A stretch of DNA of 64,000 nucleotides from a bacterium (lineage in GTDB: Bacteria > RBG-13-61-14 > DATKZS01). The position numbers and the translations under genes were made by a program. The stretch covers positions 1-64,000 of the forward strand of contig CAXXFL010000004.1 in NCBI GenBank assembly GCA_963674965.2, written 5' to 3'. The notes beneath the pieces are model-generated. The model was not told the origin of the DNA. It saw only the letters and a list, made by a program, of their open reading frames with translations, and ran no database searches. Positions 9,423-18,275 of this stretch are shown here, one piece after another. How positions within the stretch are numbered: position 1 is the first letter of the stretch; each line of letters begins with the position of its first letter.

Positions 9423-10244
9423 ATGTTCAAGGATGAATGCGTCGTTATAACCGGCGGCTCGAGCGGGATTGGGGAACGGCTGGCCCATGACCTTGCCCGC
9501 AAGGGGGCCAAGCTCGCCCTTATTGCCAGGGACCCGGACAAGCTGTCCCGCGTCCGCAACCAGGTCATCAAGGAATCGGGAGCGTCATCCCACCAAATCG
9601 AGGTCTTTTCCTGCGACGTCTCGGACCCGGCAAGGGTCGAGAAGACCATGGCCTCCATATCCGGCAAGCTGGGAGCGCCCCGATGCCTTATCAACTCGGC
9701 CGGCGTTCTGAGCGGGGGCTACTTCGAGGACCTGCCGGACGACGACTTCCGGCTGCTCATGGAGATCAACTTCTTCGGGACCCTAAATTGCATTCGCGCC
9801 GCCCTGCCCTATTTCAAAAAAAGGAAGTCCGGACGCGTGGTCAACGTTTCCTCCATCGCGGGCGTGGTCGGAGTGTTCGGCTACGCCTCCTATTGTTCCT
9901 CGAAGCACGCCCTGGTGGGCCTTACGGAAACCCTAAGGCAGGAGCTTAAGCCGCAAGGGATCAAGGTCCAACTGGTCCTTCCCCCGGAAACCGACACCCC
10001 CATGCTGCGCAATATGAATAAAAAAAGGCCCATCGAGAACAAGGCCGTGGCGTCCTCGATGAAGCCCATCTCCGCGGGCAAAGCGTCTAAAGCCATCATT
10101 AAGGGAATCGAGCGCGACCTGCCGGTTATCGTGCCGGGGGCCTCCACCAGGTTTTATATAGTGACCAACAAAATGGTCCCGCCCCTTGGCCGGGCCTTCG
10201 TGGATTTCCTGATCAAGCGGTATTATCGGGGACCGGATAAATAA
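9423..10244 (+). CDS. SDR-family NAD(P)-dependent oxidoreductase
   Basis: TGGSSGIG; NSAG; YCSSK catalytic motif; RBS GGAGAG before ATG 9423. Confidence 0.9.
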   Translation: MFKDECVVITGGSSGIGERLAHDLARKGAKLALIARDPDKLSRVRNQVIKESGASSHQIEVFSCDVSDPARVEKTMASISGKLGAPRCLINSAGVLSGGYFEDLPDDDFRLLMEINFFGTLNCIRAALPYFKKRKSGRVVNVSSIAGVVGVFGYASYCSSKHALVGLTETLRQELKPQGIKVQLVLPPETDTPMLRNMNKKRPIENKAVASSMKPISAGKASKAIIKGIERDLPVIVPGASTRFYIVTNKMVPPLGRAFVDFLIKRYYRGPDK

Positions 10245-10283
10245 CGCGCGAACGCTCGCCGCGGGCGGGAAGGAGAAAAGAAA

Positions 10284-10832
10284 GTGCCGGACGATCATTG
10301 TTGCCCCTGGTACATGGCGTATTTTTTCGACAATCCTCTTCGAAAGATTTTCCAGGACCCGGCCAAGATAGTAGGCCCATACCTGCAAGAGGGAAAGGCG
10401 GCCCTTGACCTGGGCTGCGGCATGGGCTATTTCTCCATCGCCATGGCGAAAATGGTCGGGGAATCGGGCAAGGTTTTCTCGATGGACGTCCAGGAAAAAA
10501 TGCACCGGATACTTCTCTCGAGAGCGAGGCGGCAAAAGGTGGAAGACAGGATCACTCCCATCCTCGCCAAGGCCGACGAGTTCGAGACCCCGGAAAAAGT
10601 CGACTTCGCCATCGCCATGTGGATGGTCCACGAAGTCCCCGACCCGGAGACTTTCCTGAAGCGCGTAAAGCTTTGCCTCAAGGAGGGCGGGGCGTTCATG
10701 ATAGCCGAGCCGAGCATGCACGTTAAAAAGGATGAATTCGAGGGAACGATCCGATTGGCCGATAAGGTCGGATTCAAGGTGGAGAATAGGCCGAAGGTGG
10801 GCCTTAGCCTGGCGGCGGTTTTCAGGGCTTGA
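10284..10832 (+). CDS. Class I SAM-dependent methyltransferase
   Basis: ALDLGCGMG motif I; MVHEVPD; GTG start with AAGGAG RBS. Confidence 0.85.
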   Translation: MPDDHCCPWYMAYFFDNPLRKIFQDPAKIVGPYLQEGKAALDLGCGMGYFSIAMAKMVGESGKVFSMDVQEKMHRILLSRARRQKVEDRITPILAKADEFETPEKVDFAIAMWMVHEVPDPETFLKRVKLCLKEGGAFMIAEPSMHVKKDEFEGTIRLADKVGFKVENRPKVGLSLAAVFRA

Positions 10833-10850
10833 AAATAAAAGGGGGATCTC

Positions 10851-11687
10851 ATGCCGGAAGCTATCGTTGACGGAGCGAAATTTCACTACGAGGATTTGGG
10901 GGACGGTTTCCCGGTCGTCTTTACTCACGGTCTTGGCGGCGACATGAGCATGTGGGTTTTCCAGTTGCCCGCCTTCCGGGAAAGGTACCGTGTCATCACC
11001 TGGGACGTGAGAGGACACGGCCGCAGCGAGATCACGGAGGAAGGGTACTCGATCGGGCGCTTCGTGGAGGACCTGGCCGGGCTATTGAGAAGTCTGGGGA
11101 TCGATCGCGCCCACTTGGTGGGCCTTTCCATGGGCGGCTGGATTTCCTGGGAGTTCGCCCTGGCCTATCCCGAGATGGTGGAAAGGCTTGTCCTTTCCAA
11201 CTCGGCCGGGCTTATGTCGGCCAGAAGCGAGGCGGAGGCCGCCGAGAAGGCGCGCCTCTTCGAGCTTTCCGCCCAGGTCACCTATAAGAATGGCAGGAAA
11301 CCCATCGTGCAAGCCACTATCGATCTCATGTTCTCGAGGGGATTCATCGAGAAAAGAGCCGACCTTATCGACGTGGTCAAAAAGACCATCGAGATGGACC
11401 CCGGCGTCGGCTACGCCAGAACGATAGAAAGGGTCTTTTTGCCTTTCATGAGGGGACCTTTGGACAAAAACCGGGACCGGGTCAAGGGGGTCAAAACGCC
11501 GACCCTGATAATCTCCGGGGATGAGGACCTCTTAACTCCTCCCTATACTCAAGAGGCGCTTCATGAACTGATCGCCGGATCGAGACTCGAAACCATGGAA
11601 AGCGCCGGCCACTTAACGCCCATGGAACAGCCGGGAACGTGGAACCGGATGGTAATGAATTTTTTAAGCGAGGGAAAAAAAGGTTAG
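10851..11687 (+). CDS. Alpha/beta-fold hydrolase
   Basis: HGLGG; DVRGHGRS; GLSMGG nucleophile elbow; GDED; AGH. Confidence 0.9.
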   Translation: MPEAIVDGAKFHYEDLGDGFPVVFTHGLGGDMSMWVFQLPAFRERYRVITWDVRGHGRSEITEEGYSIGRFVEDLAGLLRSLGIDRAHLVGLSMGGWISWEFALAYPEMVERLVLSNSAGLMSARSEAEAAEKARLFELSAQVTYKNGRKPIVQATIDLMFSRGFIEKRADLIDVVKKTIEMDPGVGYARTIERVFLPFMRGPLDKNRDRVKGVKTPTLIISGDEDLLTPPYTQEALHELIAGSRLETMESAGHLTPMEQPGTWNRMVMNFLSEGKKG

Positions 11688-11698
11688 AGGAGGGGTCC

Positions 11699-12463
11699 AT
11701 GGCCGTCAGGATCGAGAAAACCGATAAGGTCTTCACCGTGATCATCGATCGGCCCGAGGCCAGGAACGCGGTCGACCGTCCCACCGCCCTGGCTCTGGCC
11801 GAGGCTTTCAGGGAGTTCGAGGCCGACGACTCGGCGGCGGCCGCCGTCCTGTGGGGCGCGGGTGGAAACTTCTGCGCGGGCGCCGACTTGAAGGCCATTG
11901 GCTCGGACCGGACCAACAAAGTGGAGAGGGATGGCGACGGGCCCATGGGTCCCACCCGCATGGTCCTGACCAAGCCGGTCATCGCCGCCGTATCGGGCTA
12001 CGCCGTGGCCGGAGGTCTCGAACTGGCGATCTGGTGCGACCTGAGAGTGGTGGAAAAAAGCGCCGTCTTCGGCGTTTTCTGCCGCAGGTGGGGAGTGCCC
12101 CTTATCGACGGCGGGACCGTCAGGCTGCCCAGGTTGATCGGCATTTCCCGCGCCATGGACTTGATACTGACGGGAAGGCCGGTCGAGGCCGATGAGGCCC
12201 TCGCCATGGGGCTGGCCAACCGGGTGGTCGAGGACGGACGAGCGCGCGAGGAGGCCGAGAGTCTGGCGGCCAAAATAGCGGCTTTTCCCCAAACCTGCGT
12301 CCGCCATGACCGCTTGTCCGCCTACGAGAGTATCGAGCTGGGCCTGCCCGAGGCCCTGCAAAAGGAATACGAGCATGGCCTTATTTCTCTTTCCAGCGCG
12401 GAACTGGGCCAGGGAGTAGGTCTTTTCAAATCGGGGAAAGGACGGGGCGGAAGTTTCGAATAG
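11699..12463 (+). CDS. Crotonase/enoyl-CoA hydratase family protein
   Basis: FCAGADL; AVAGGLE; FCRRWGVPLIDGG; RBS GAGGAGG. Confidence 0.9.
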   Translation: MAVRIEKTDKVFTVIIDRPEARNAVDRPTALALAEAFREFEADDSAAAAVLWGAGGNFCAGADLKAIGSDRTNKVERDGDGPMGPTRMVLTKPVIAAVSGYAVAGGLELAIWCDLRVVEKSAVFGVFCRRWGVPLIDGGTVRLPRLIGISRAMDLILTGRPVEADEALAMGLANRVVEDGRAREEAESLAAKIAAFPQTCVRHDRLSAYESIELGLPEALQKEYEHGLISLSSAELGQGVGLFKSGKGRGGSFE

Positions 12464-12477
12464 GAACTCGTGAGGTA

Positions 12478-12954
12478 TTAACTTTCCATTTCCGGTCTTT
12501 TCTTTCTTCTTTTACTGACCATGACGTAGCAGGAGTCGTAGCCCACTTCTTTTAATTCGTTCTCGCGGTCGGTGCCGGTAATGTCGGTACCCCAAAAAAG
12601 GGCGTTTGTAATGACGGCCTTTTCTAAAATGGCGTACCTTACGTTGGCCCCTCGCAGATCGGCTCCACTCAAGTCGGCCTCGTTAAGAAGGGCCATTTCG
12701 AGACGAGCGTTCCTCAGGTCGGCCCCGCTCAGGTTGGCCCCCGTCAGTTTGGCTACGCGAAGATTAGCGCCCTTCAACCTGGCCCCGCGAAGGTCGGCCC
12801 CTTGAAGGTCAACGGAGTAAAGATGAGCGTCCGTAAGGTCGGCCCCTCTTTTAACGGCCAACTCCAGGCAGACCCGTATATCGTCTACTCCGGAGCCACC
12901 CGTTACCTCTTCCGAGTCGAAGAGGGCGTTGTCGTACTTGTTTTTAATCTGCAT
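12478..12954 (-). CDS. Pentapeptide repeat protein
   Basis: Tandem A(D/N)LxG repeats (ADLRG, ANLSG, ADLSG). Confidence 0.9.
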   Translation of the reverse strand: MQIKNKYDNALFDSEEVTGGSGVDDIRVCLELAVKRGADLTDAHLYSVDLQGADLRGARLKGANLRVAKLTGANLSGADLRNARLEMALLNEADLSGADLRGANVRYAILEKAVITNALFWGTDITGTDRENELKEVGYDSCYVMVSKRRKKRPEMES

Positions 12955-13260
12955 CTTTCCCCACTAAAGAGCTGATCTTGGTTATTTTTACCATAATTTT
13001 TTCAAAAATGCCAGCAAAAAATATTAAGCCGCGCGTTTATTTATTCATCCTTTTAAGATATTGTTTTTAAATAGAATATCCCTTTCATCCCGGCTCATGG
13101 GGAGTTCTTTGAGCCAAAATGGCGGATTCAGTTATGTTTCACAAAGGCCCCAGGATATGATAGGATTATACCGGGTTCGCGGATACCGAAGTCGATAGCA
13201 ATAATCGTCCATAATCGACCGGGACGGGCCGAATATGTACCATCGAGCAAAGGGGACATC

Positions 13261-13995
13261 ATGGCAAGGCAAAATATTCTTTCCACCGTTACGACCTTTA
13301 AGGAATTTAACTCCTGCGGGGTCGAGTACAAGCTGCCCATACTCTACCGCCGTCTCGACCTTTTTTTCGCGGTCCTGGGCGCCAACGCCAGGATGGTCAA
13401 GGCCTCCCTCCCCTCGCGGCGGCTCAAACCCATACCCATCTGGCCGGGAAGAGTGGCTTTTCTTTTATTCGCGGCCAATTATATCGACACCGACATTGGT
13501 CCCTACGGAGAGTTCTCGGCCGGGGCGCCCTGTTTTTTACGCCACGAGGGCAAAGTGCATTTGGGGGTTTACGTGCATCGTCTACCCGTGACCACGGAGA
13601 TTGCCCGCGCGGCGGGGGTCGAGTCCTGGGGTTTTCCCAAGTTCCTTTGCGAAATGGACTTTAAAGACAGGGGAGACGCGCGCTGTGTGTCGCTTAGTCA
13701 AAACGGTGAGAGCATCCTGGATTTCCTGGTCATGAAAGGAGGCGTTCCCGTGGACAGGACCATGGAAGCCGGCGTTTTCACGATAAAAAATGGCCGCATT
13801 ATCTTTACGAAATGTCCGGCCCAGGCGACCGCTCGGGTTAACTTCAACGGTCTTTTCCGGCTTGGCCTTGGCCCTCATGAAATGGGCCGGGAGCTGTCAA
13901 GATTCAGGCTTGGTCCCAAGGCTTTGGTTACGGGAGACTGCCTGGACGTAAACATGATCCTGCCGGAGGGAGAGGACGTGGGTGGCGTGGATTGA
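13261..13995 (+). CDS. Acetoacetate decarboxylase-like family protein
   Basis: YIDTDIGPYGEF; LPVTTEIARAAGVESWGFPK (Schiff-base Lys motif). Confidence 0.75.
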   Translation: MARQNILSTVTTFKEFNSCGVEYKLPILYRRLDLFFAVLGANARMVKASLPSRRLKPIPIWPGRVAFLLFAANYIDTDIGPYGEFSAGAPCFLRHEGKVHLGVYVHRLPVTTEIARAAGVESWGFPKFLCEMDFKDRGDARCVSLSQNGESILDFLVMKGGVPVDRTMEAGVFTIKNGRIIFTKCPAQATARVNFNGLFRLGLGPHEMGRELSRFRLGPKALVTGDCLDVNMILPEGEDVGGVD

Positions 13996-14074
13996 CTCCC
14001 GCTTCACGTTGTGGGTAAAAACAAGTGATGGTATCCTGAATAAATCAAGTCAAGCGTTCAAGGAGACACTGGAA

Positions 14075-14605
14075 ATGAAGAATAAAAAGCTTCATGGTTT
14101 TGTTTACAACGATAAATTTATTGATATCATTGCCTCCCAGGGCATTAAACCCGAGGACCTGGCCGACGAGTTGAAGGGAAAACCCGTCCATATTCCCCAG
14201 GTCAACTTCGACGTTCCTCTCGAGCAAAAGGTCCGGGCCAGTCTGGGCATGCCCTCTTACGCGGTTCGGGCCAAGATGATGGAGGACAAGGTTGACGAGC
14301 TGATTGAGGACCTTAGCGAACAGTGGGTGAACCTGGCCGACCAGATGCGAGGAGACCCGGAGAGGTTCAAGAAGGTATGGACGGCCATCGTCGAGACGGT
14401 CGAGTTGGACGACCTTAACAAGCTGATAAAAGAGCACAATACTTTTTATCCTATCGAGGCCAACCTCAAGGAGGACCCGGAGACCCGCCAGATCATGATC
14501 GGGTCCACGCCGTGGAGGCCCACCAAAAAGATCAGCCACCAATCTCTTCTCGACAAGTATCCGCCCAGCCTGGACCAGGCCCTCAAGGAACTGGATAGCG
14601 AATAA
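14075..14605 (+). CDS. Hypothetical protein
   Basis: AAGGAG RBS; genome-like codon usage; no recognised motif. Confidence 0.7.
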   Translation: MKNKKLHGFVYNDKFIDIIASQGIKPEDLADELKGKPVHIPQVNFDVPLEQKVRASLGMPSYAVRAKMMEDKVDELIEDLSEQWVNLADQMRGDPERFKKVWTAIVETVELDDLNKLIKEHNTFYPIEANLKEDPETRQIMIGSTPWRPTKKISHQSLLDKYPPSLDQALKELDSE

Positions 14606-14667
14606 AAGATATTATTGGTCCGGGTAAAAGAATTATGGCCGTCGGCAAAGTCGGTAAAAATGCCAGC

Positions 14668-14696
14668 TAAAAACCCCGCCGAATTATCGGCGGGGT
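14668..14696 (-). terminator. Intrinsic terminator with U-tract on the minus strand (may be bidirectional)
   Basis: accccgccga / tcggcggggt 10-bp stem with an A5 run on its left. Confidence 0.7.
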
Positions 14697-14976
14697 CTGA
14701 AATATCTTCCCGGAGTGCGATTCAATTTGTTATGATGCCAACATTGCCAATCAGATCTAGCCCCTCTTTGGAATCTTTTCTGCTCCCAGGTTGATTTATA
14801 TTATAGACCAATTGGTAGACTTTAAAACGACCTAAAGATTGATTTTAACTTTTTATCCTCATACCAAAGGATTAGAGAGATAATTTATTCTTCTTGAACG
14901 CCATCAAGGACGGCGGATAAAAAGGCTTGTTTTTTGACCTTCGATAGTCTAAAATGTCTTTTTAATTGGTAAAATA

Positions 14977-16458
14977 TTGCCTGACACATCTATATCGAAG
15001 TTCTCGGGCAAAGGGCCATATCATTTAAAAGGCATGGGCGATATCGCCCAGAGACATTTACTTTTTTCACGGAGCTTACATTCAATGCGAGCCGATCGGG
15101 CGTTTTCAAGCCAGGATAGAAGCCTGAGCAAACAGATATTGTTTGCCGGCGATATCTTAAACGGTTACATCGAGGCCGCTCTCGACGCCATCAAAGAAGA
15201 CCGAGTGCTCCGGATCATCGAGGAATCGGGCGGCGGAACATATGAAAGGGCCGCTGATTTCCAAAAGGCCCTGGTTGGACGGGTCGATTTACCCGAGGAA
15301 GTATTTATTAGGATCGGCTCGGCCCTGATCGGGGAAGGCGCGAGCTTCGACACGGCCGGCGCCAACATGCTGGTGAAGAAGACCGCCAAAGGCACGGCCG
15401 TGAAAGTCCTGCTTTGCGTGCTGGGCCACGTGGCGGACCGCGGCTCCAGGTTGTACTCATGGGACGCCCTCTCCCAGGTATATATGCTCTCTCCCCTTTA
15501 CGAGCACATGCTGACCAACGCCGCCCTGCTCGACTCCATCATGGAATGGCGGGACAAAAAAGCCGCCGGCATCAGGGTGATATATTCCTTCCTGGACGAA
15601 AAGGCCGTTTCATTGTTCTGGCTGAGACATACTTTTCATATGGCCAAATATTACCCCGCCTCTTTTCGCGATCCCTTGGCCATGGTCAGGATGAAAGAGG
15701 GAGACGAATTCGTCAAACCCGATCCTTACCTCAAGGGGGAAAAAATAAGGCTTAAGCTCAGGCCTTCCCTGGAAAGCGCGGCGCGAGGAGCGGGAGCAAG
15801 AATCGAGCTACACAAGGGCGACGTATATTTCGACGGCGACCTGGCCGCGAAAAAGGACTCGAAGCCAGGAAGGTCCATGGGCGATGACGTCTATAAGATG
15901 GTAAAGGATTTCAAAATCATCGGCGGACGGGCGAGGCTGATCGAGCCGCGATCGGAAATAAGGCCATACGCGTCCTTGATCCTGGCGCGAGGACATCGAT
16001 ACGCGCTGGCAAGAGCGCTTCCCGCGGCGGAGTACGAGATAGATTTTTCCTATCATCCTTTCCGGCAATTCCTGCTGAGCCGGTTTATCTCTTTTTCCGG
16101 GACGAGTCAGAGGCTGCTCGGGGGCAGGACAAGTTCCAATACATGGTCGGACCTCCTGTTTATGGTCGAAAGTCTGGGCGCCAACCCTGAAGCCGCCACC
16201 CCAATACCGGGTCCCTCGGTTTACGGTGAATCCACGCCAGGACAAAGTGGCGACCCGGCGATGGAATTTGCCCGGGCCAAGGGCCTCACCGCGAGGGAGG
16301 AGGGAATCCTCAGGCTCATCATCATCGGCAAGAGCAACCAGGATATCGCCGACGAGCTTTGCGTCTCCATCCATACGGTCAAGAGTCACGTTCACAATTT
16401 GCTGAAAAAAACGGGCGTGAAATCGAGGTCCCAGTTGATAGCCGCCATGGTCGAATAA
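14977..16458 (+). CDS. LuxR-family transcriptional regulator with large unrecognised N-terminal region (start uncertain, possibly 15034)
   Basis: C-terminal GLTAREEGIL...GKSNQDIADELCVSIHTVKSHVHNLLKK. Confidence 0.85.
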   Translation: MPDTSISKFSGKGPYHLKGMGDIAQRHLLFSRSLHSMRADRAFSSQDRSLSKQILFAGDILNGYIEAALDAIKEDRVLRIIEESGGGTYERAADFQKALVGRVDLPEEVFIRIGSALIGEGASFDTAGANMLVKKTAKGTAVKVLLCVLGHVADRGSRLYSWDALSQVYMLSPLYEHMLTNAALLDSIMEWRDKKAAGIRVIYSFLDEKAVSLFWLRHTFHMAKYYPASFRDPLAMVRMKEGDEFVKPDPYLKGEKIRLKLRPSLESAARGAGARIELHKGDVYFDGDLAAKKDSKPGRSMGDDVYKMVKDFKIIGGRARLIEPRSEIRPYASLILARGHRYALARALPAAEYEIDFSYHPFRQFLLSRFISFSGTSQRLLGGRTSSNTWSDLLFMVESLGANPEAATPIPGPSVYGESTPGQSGDPAMEFARAKGLTAREEGILRLIIIGKSNQDIADELCVSIHTVKSHVHNLLKKTGVKSRSQLIAAMVE

Positions 16459-16814
16459 TGGAAAAGGAAATTTACAAAGCCGGCGCGCGGTCCATCGAGG
16501 ACGGCCATCAGGTCCCGATCATGGGCGTCCAAACCGATAACCCCGCCTACGTCAACGGCGAGATCGTCAAGCTTTACTTGTCGGCCGCCAGGCGCCAGGT
16601 ATCGGAGCGCGACATACTAAGCGCCATCAAGGAGGCGGGAGGAGTTAAGGCAAAAGACCTCGATTCATTCCTGGCCCTCCTCGAGCCCCTCCTCCACGTG
16701 GAAGCGGGGTTCCTGAACAGGCTTTCGTTGACGCTGGATAAAAAGGGCCTGAGCCTGTCCAAGGTCCCCGAGTTGGGCGTGGAGAATCAAGTCATTATGC
16801 CGCACACGGCATAA
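16458..16814 (+). CDS. Hypothetical protein translationally coupled to the LuxR gene
   Basis: TAATG stop/start overlap at 16456-16460. Confidence 0.6.
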   Translation: MEKEIYKAGARSIEDGHQVPIMGVQTDNPAYVNGEIVKLYLSAARRQVSERDILSAIKEAGGVKAKDLDSFLALLEPLLHVEAGFLNRLSLTLDKKGLSLSKVPELGVENQVIMPHTA

Positions 16815-16824
16815 TGACTTGATT
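16785..16824. repeat. Perfect 18-bp inverted repeat
   Basis: aatcaagtcattatgccg-caca-cggcataatgacttgatt. Confidence 0.9.
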
Positions 16825-16930
16825 GATAATAGAATTTTTGCGGATGAGCAGGTGGAATGGACGCGGGAAAGATTTTTAGCTTTAAACCAATCACCCGTAA
16901 TAAACTGAAATAAAATCTATTTCTTCGGCA

Positions 16931-17924
16931 TTAATAATAATACTCGATGGCGTTCACCATGATGGCCGCGGGCCAGTATTCCGAGAACATATATGTCTTG
17001 GGGTTGGAGTAATAAGGCGCGCTATAATACACCAAGGCCGGGCCCCAGGTCCCGTCAATTCCTTGGCTCTCGAACATATATTCCATGGCTTTATATACCT
17101 CTGGCCCCCTATAGTGGTAGTAACGAAGAGCGGCAATGTAAAAGGCGCTCCTCGCGGGGGACTCCCATCCCCCGTCCAACCGCTGGTTATTCAGTATATA
17201 TTCGACGTTTCGACTTCTTGAGGCCTAGAGGCAATCGTTTCCTTCTGAATATGCCCTGGCTAAATAATACAGCAGCATGTATTCGGGATAATGGGTGTCG
17301 CAATCGTTCATTTCATTCAGCGGGATTTTATTGAGGTAGTCGCAGATGTCCGGCAAGTCTATGTTGTTCCTTATATAATACATCATGGCGGCGGCGTTGC
17401 AGGCGCAATCCTTGCTGTTGCCGGGAAAGTAATCGGAATTGAAATAGGTCCAAAATATTCCGTCGTTATCGCGAAAGGGAAGAAACTGGCCTTCCACGTC
17501 AGGGTCGATTCCTTCTTCATAATACACGATAAGGCCCAGAGATGAAGTGTCTATGTCGGAGGGCCATCCGGATGATTTCCCCCAAAAGATAAAAAACCAA
17601 TCTTCCGGCGTGTCTCTGATGATCTTTGCAAAAATATTGGCCTTTATGGCCGATGCTCGATCGAAATTAATAAGCTCCATGTATATTTGAGCGTCGTTGT
17701 ACCAGAAAATAGCGTGGATGGGGTTTTCCTCGGCAGTCGTGGAATTCCCCAGGTAAAATGGATACCCATCCCAGGAGGGGTCCAATCCATTTTTCCAGCG
17801 CCTGAAATGCCAACTCTTGAACCTCATTTGGCCGAGCCGAAAGACTGGCTCGGCGGTGGTCATTATCCACCTGATTGCAACAGGAAAGAAAAATACAAAA
17901 GCAGAAAATAAATTTCCTTGGCAT
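16931..17924 (-). pseudogene. Disrupted lipoprotein with prenyltransferase/class II terpene-cyclase-like (QW repeat) domain
   Basis: Lipoprotein-type leader in ORF 17924-17667; frameshift into ORF 17863-17225 (PSDIDTSS, DGIFWTYF); single in-frame TAG at 17225-17227, then NQRLDGGW and SQGIDGTW. Confidence 0.6.
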
Positions 17925-18275
17925 GGTGATTTTCCTTTATTGATGGAACAGAAGACCCATTCTTGGGAGTTTTACCGCCCGAGTATGGAACGCTCGTCAT
18001 CATCCCTTTCCTTAAGACCGTTTCGGATCGGCTATTATAAACTCGTTATATTATAAACTGACAGTGACGTCGACCTCAAGCAAAGTTTTCATATGCAAGC
18101 GGTCAAATGAAGGGCGAAGCTTTTACTAACTGATTCCCTCTATCAAATCTTCTTATCATCTACACCGGCTCAGTCTTTTCCCGGCGTGGAGCAAGCGGCC
18201 AAAATGAGCAAGGGAAAAAGGCCTTTATTTCACTGAGCCTCTTGCAAAATTCCCGCTTTGGAGTGCGGCGGCTCG

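Noticed and set aside
12478-12954. Pentapeptide gene as prophage remnant or Qnr resistance gene
   Set aside because: No phage genes nearby; too short and lacking the two-domain Qnr layout
17225-17227. Pyrrolysine read-through of the in-frame TAG
   Set aside because: The same gene also has a frameshift, no pyl genes are in the window, and other genes here use TAG as a normal stop; decay is simpler
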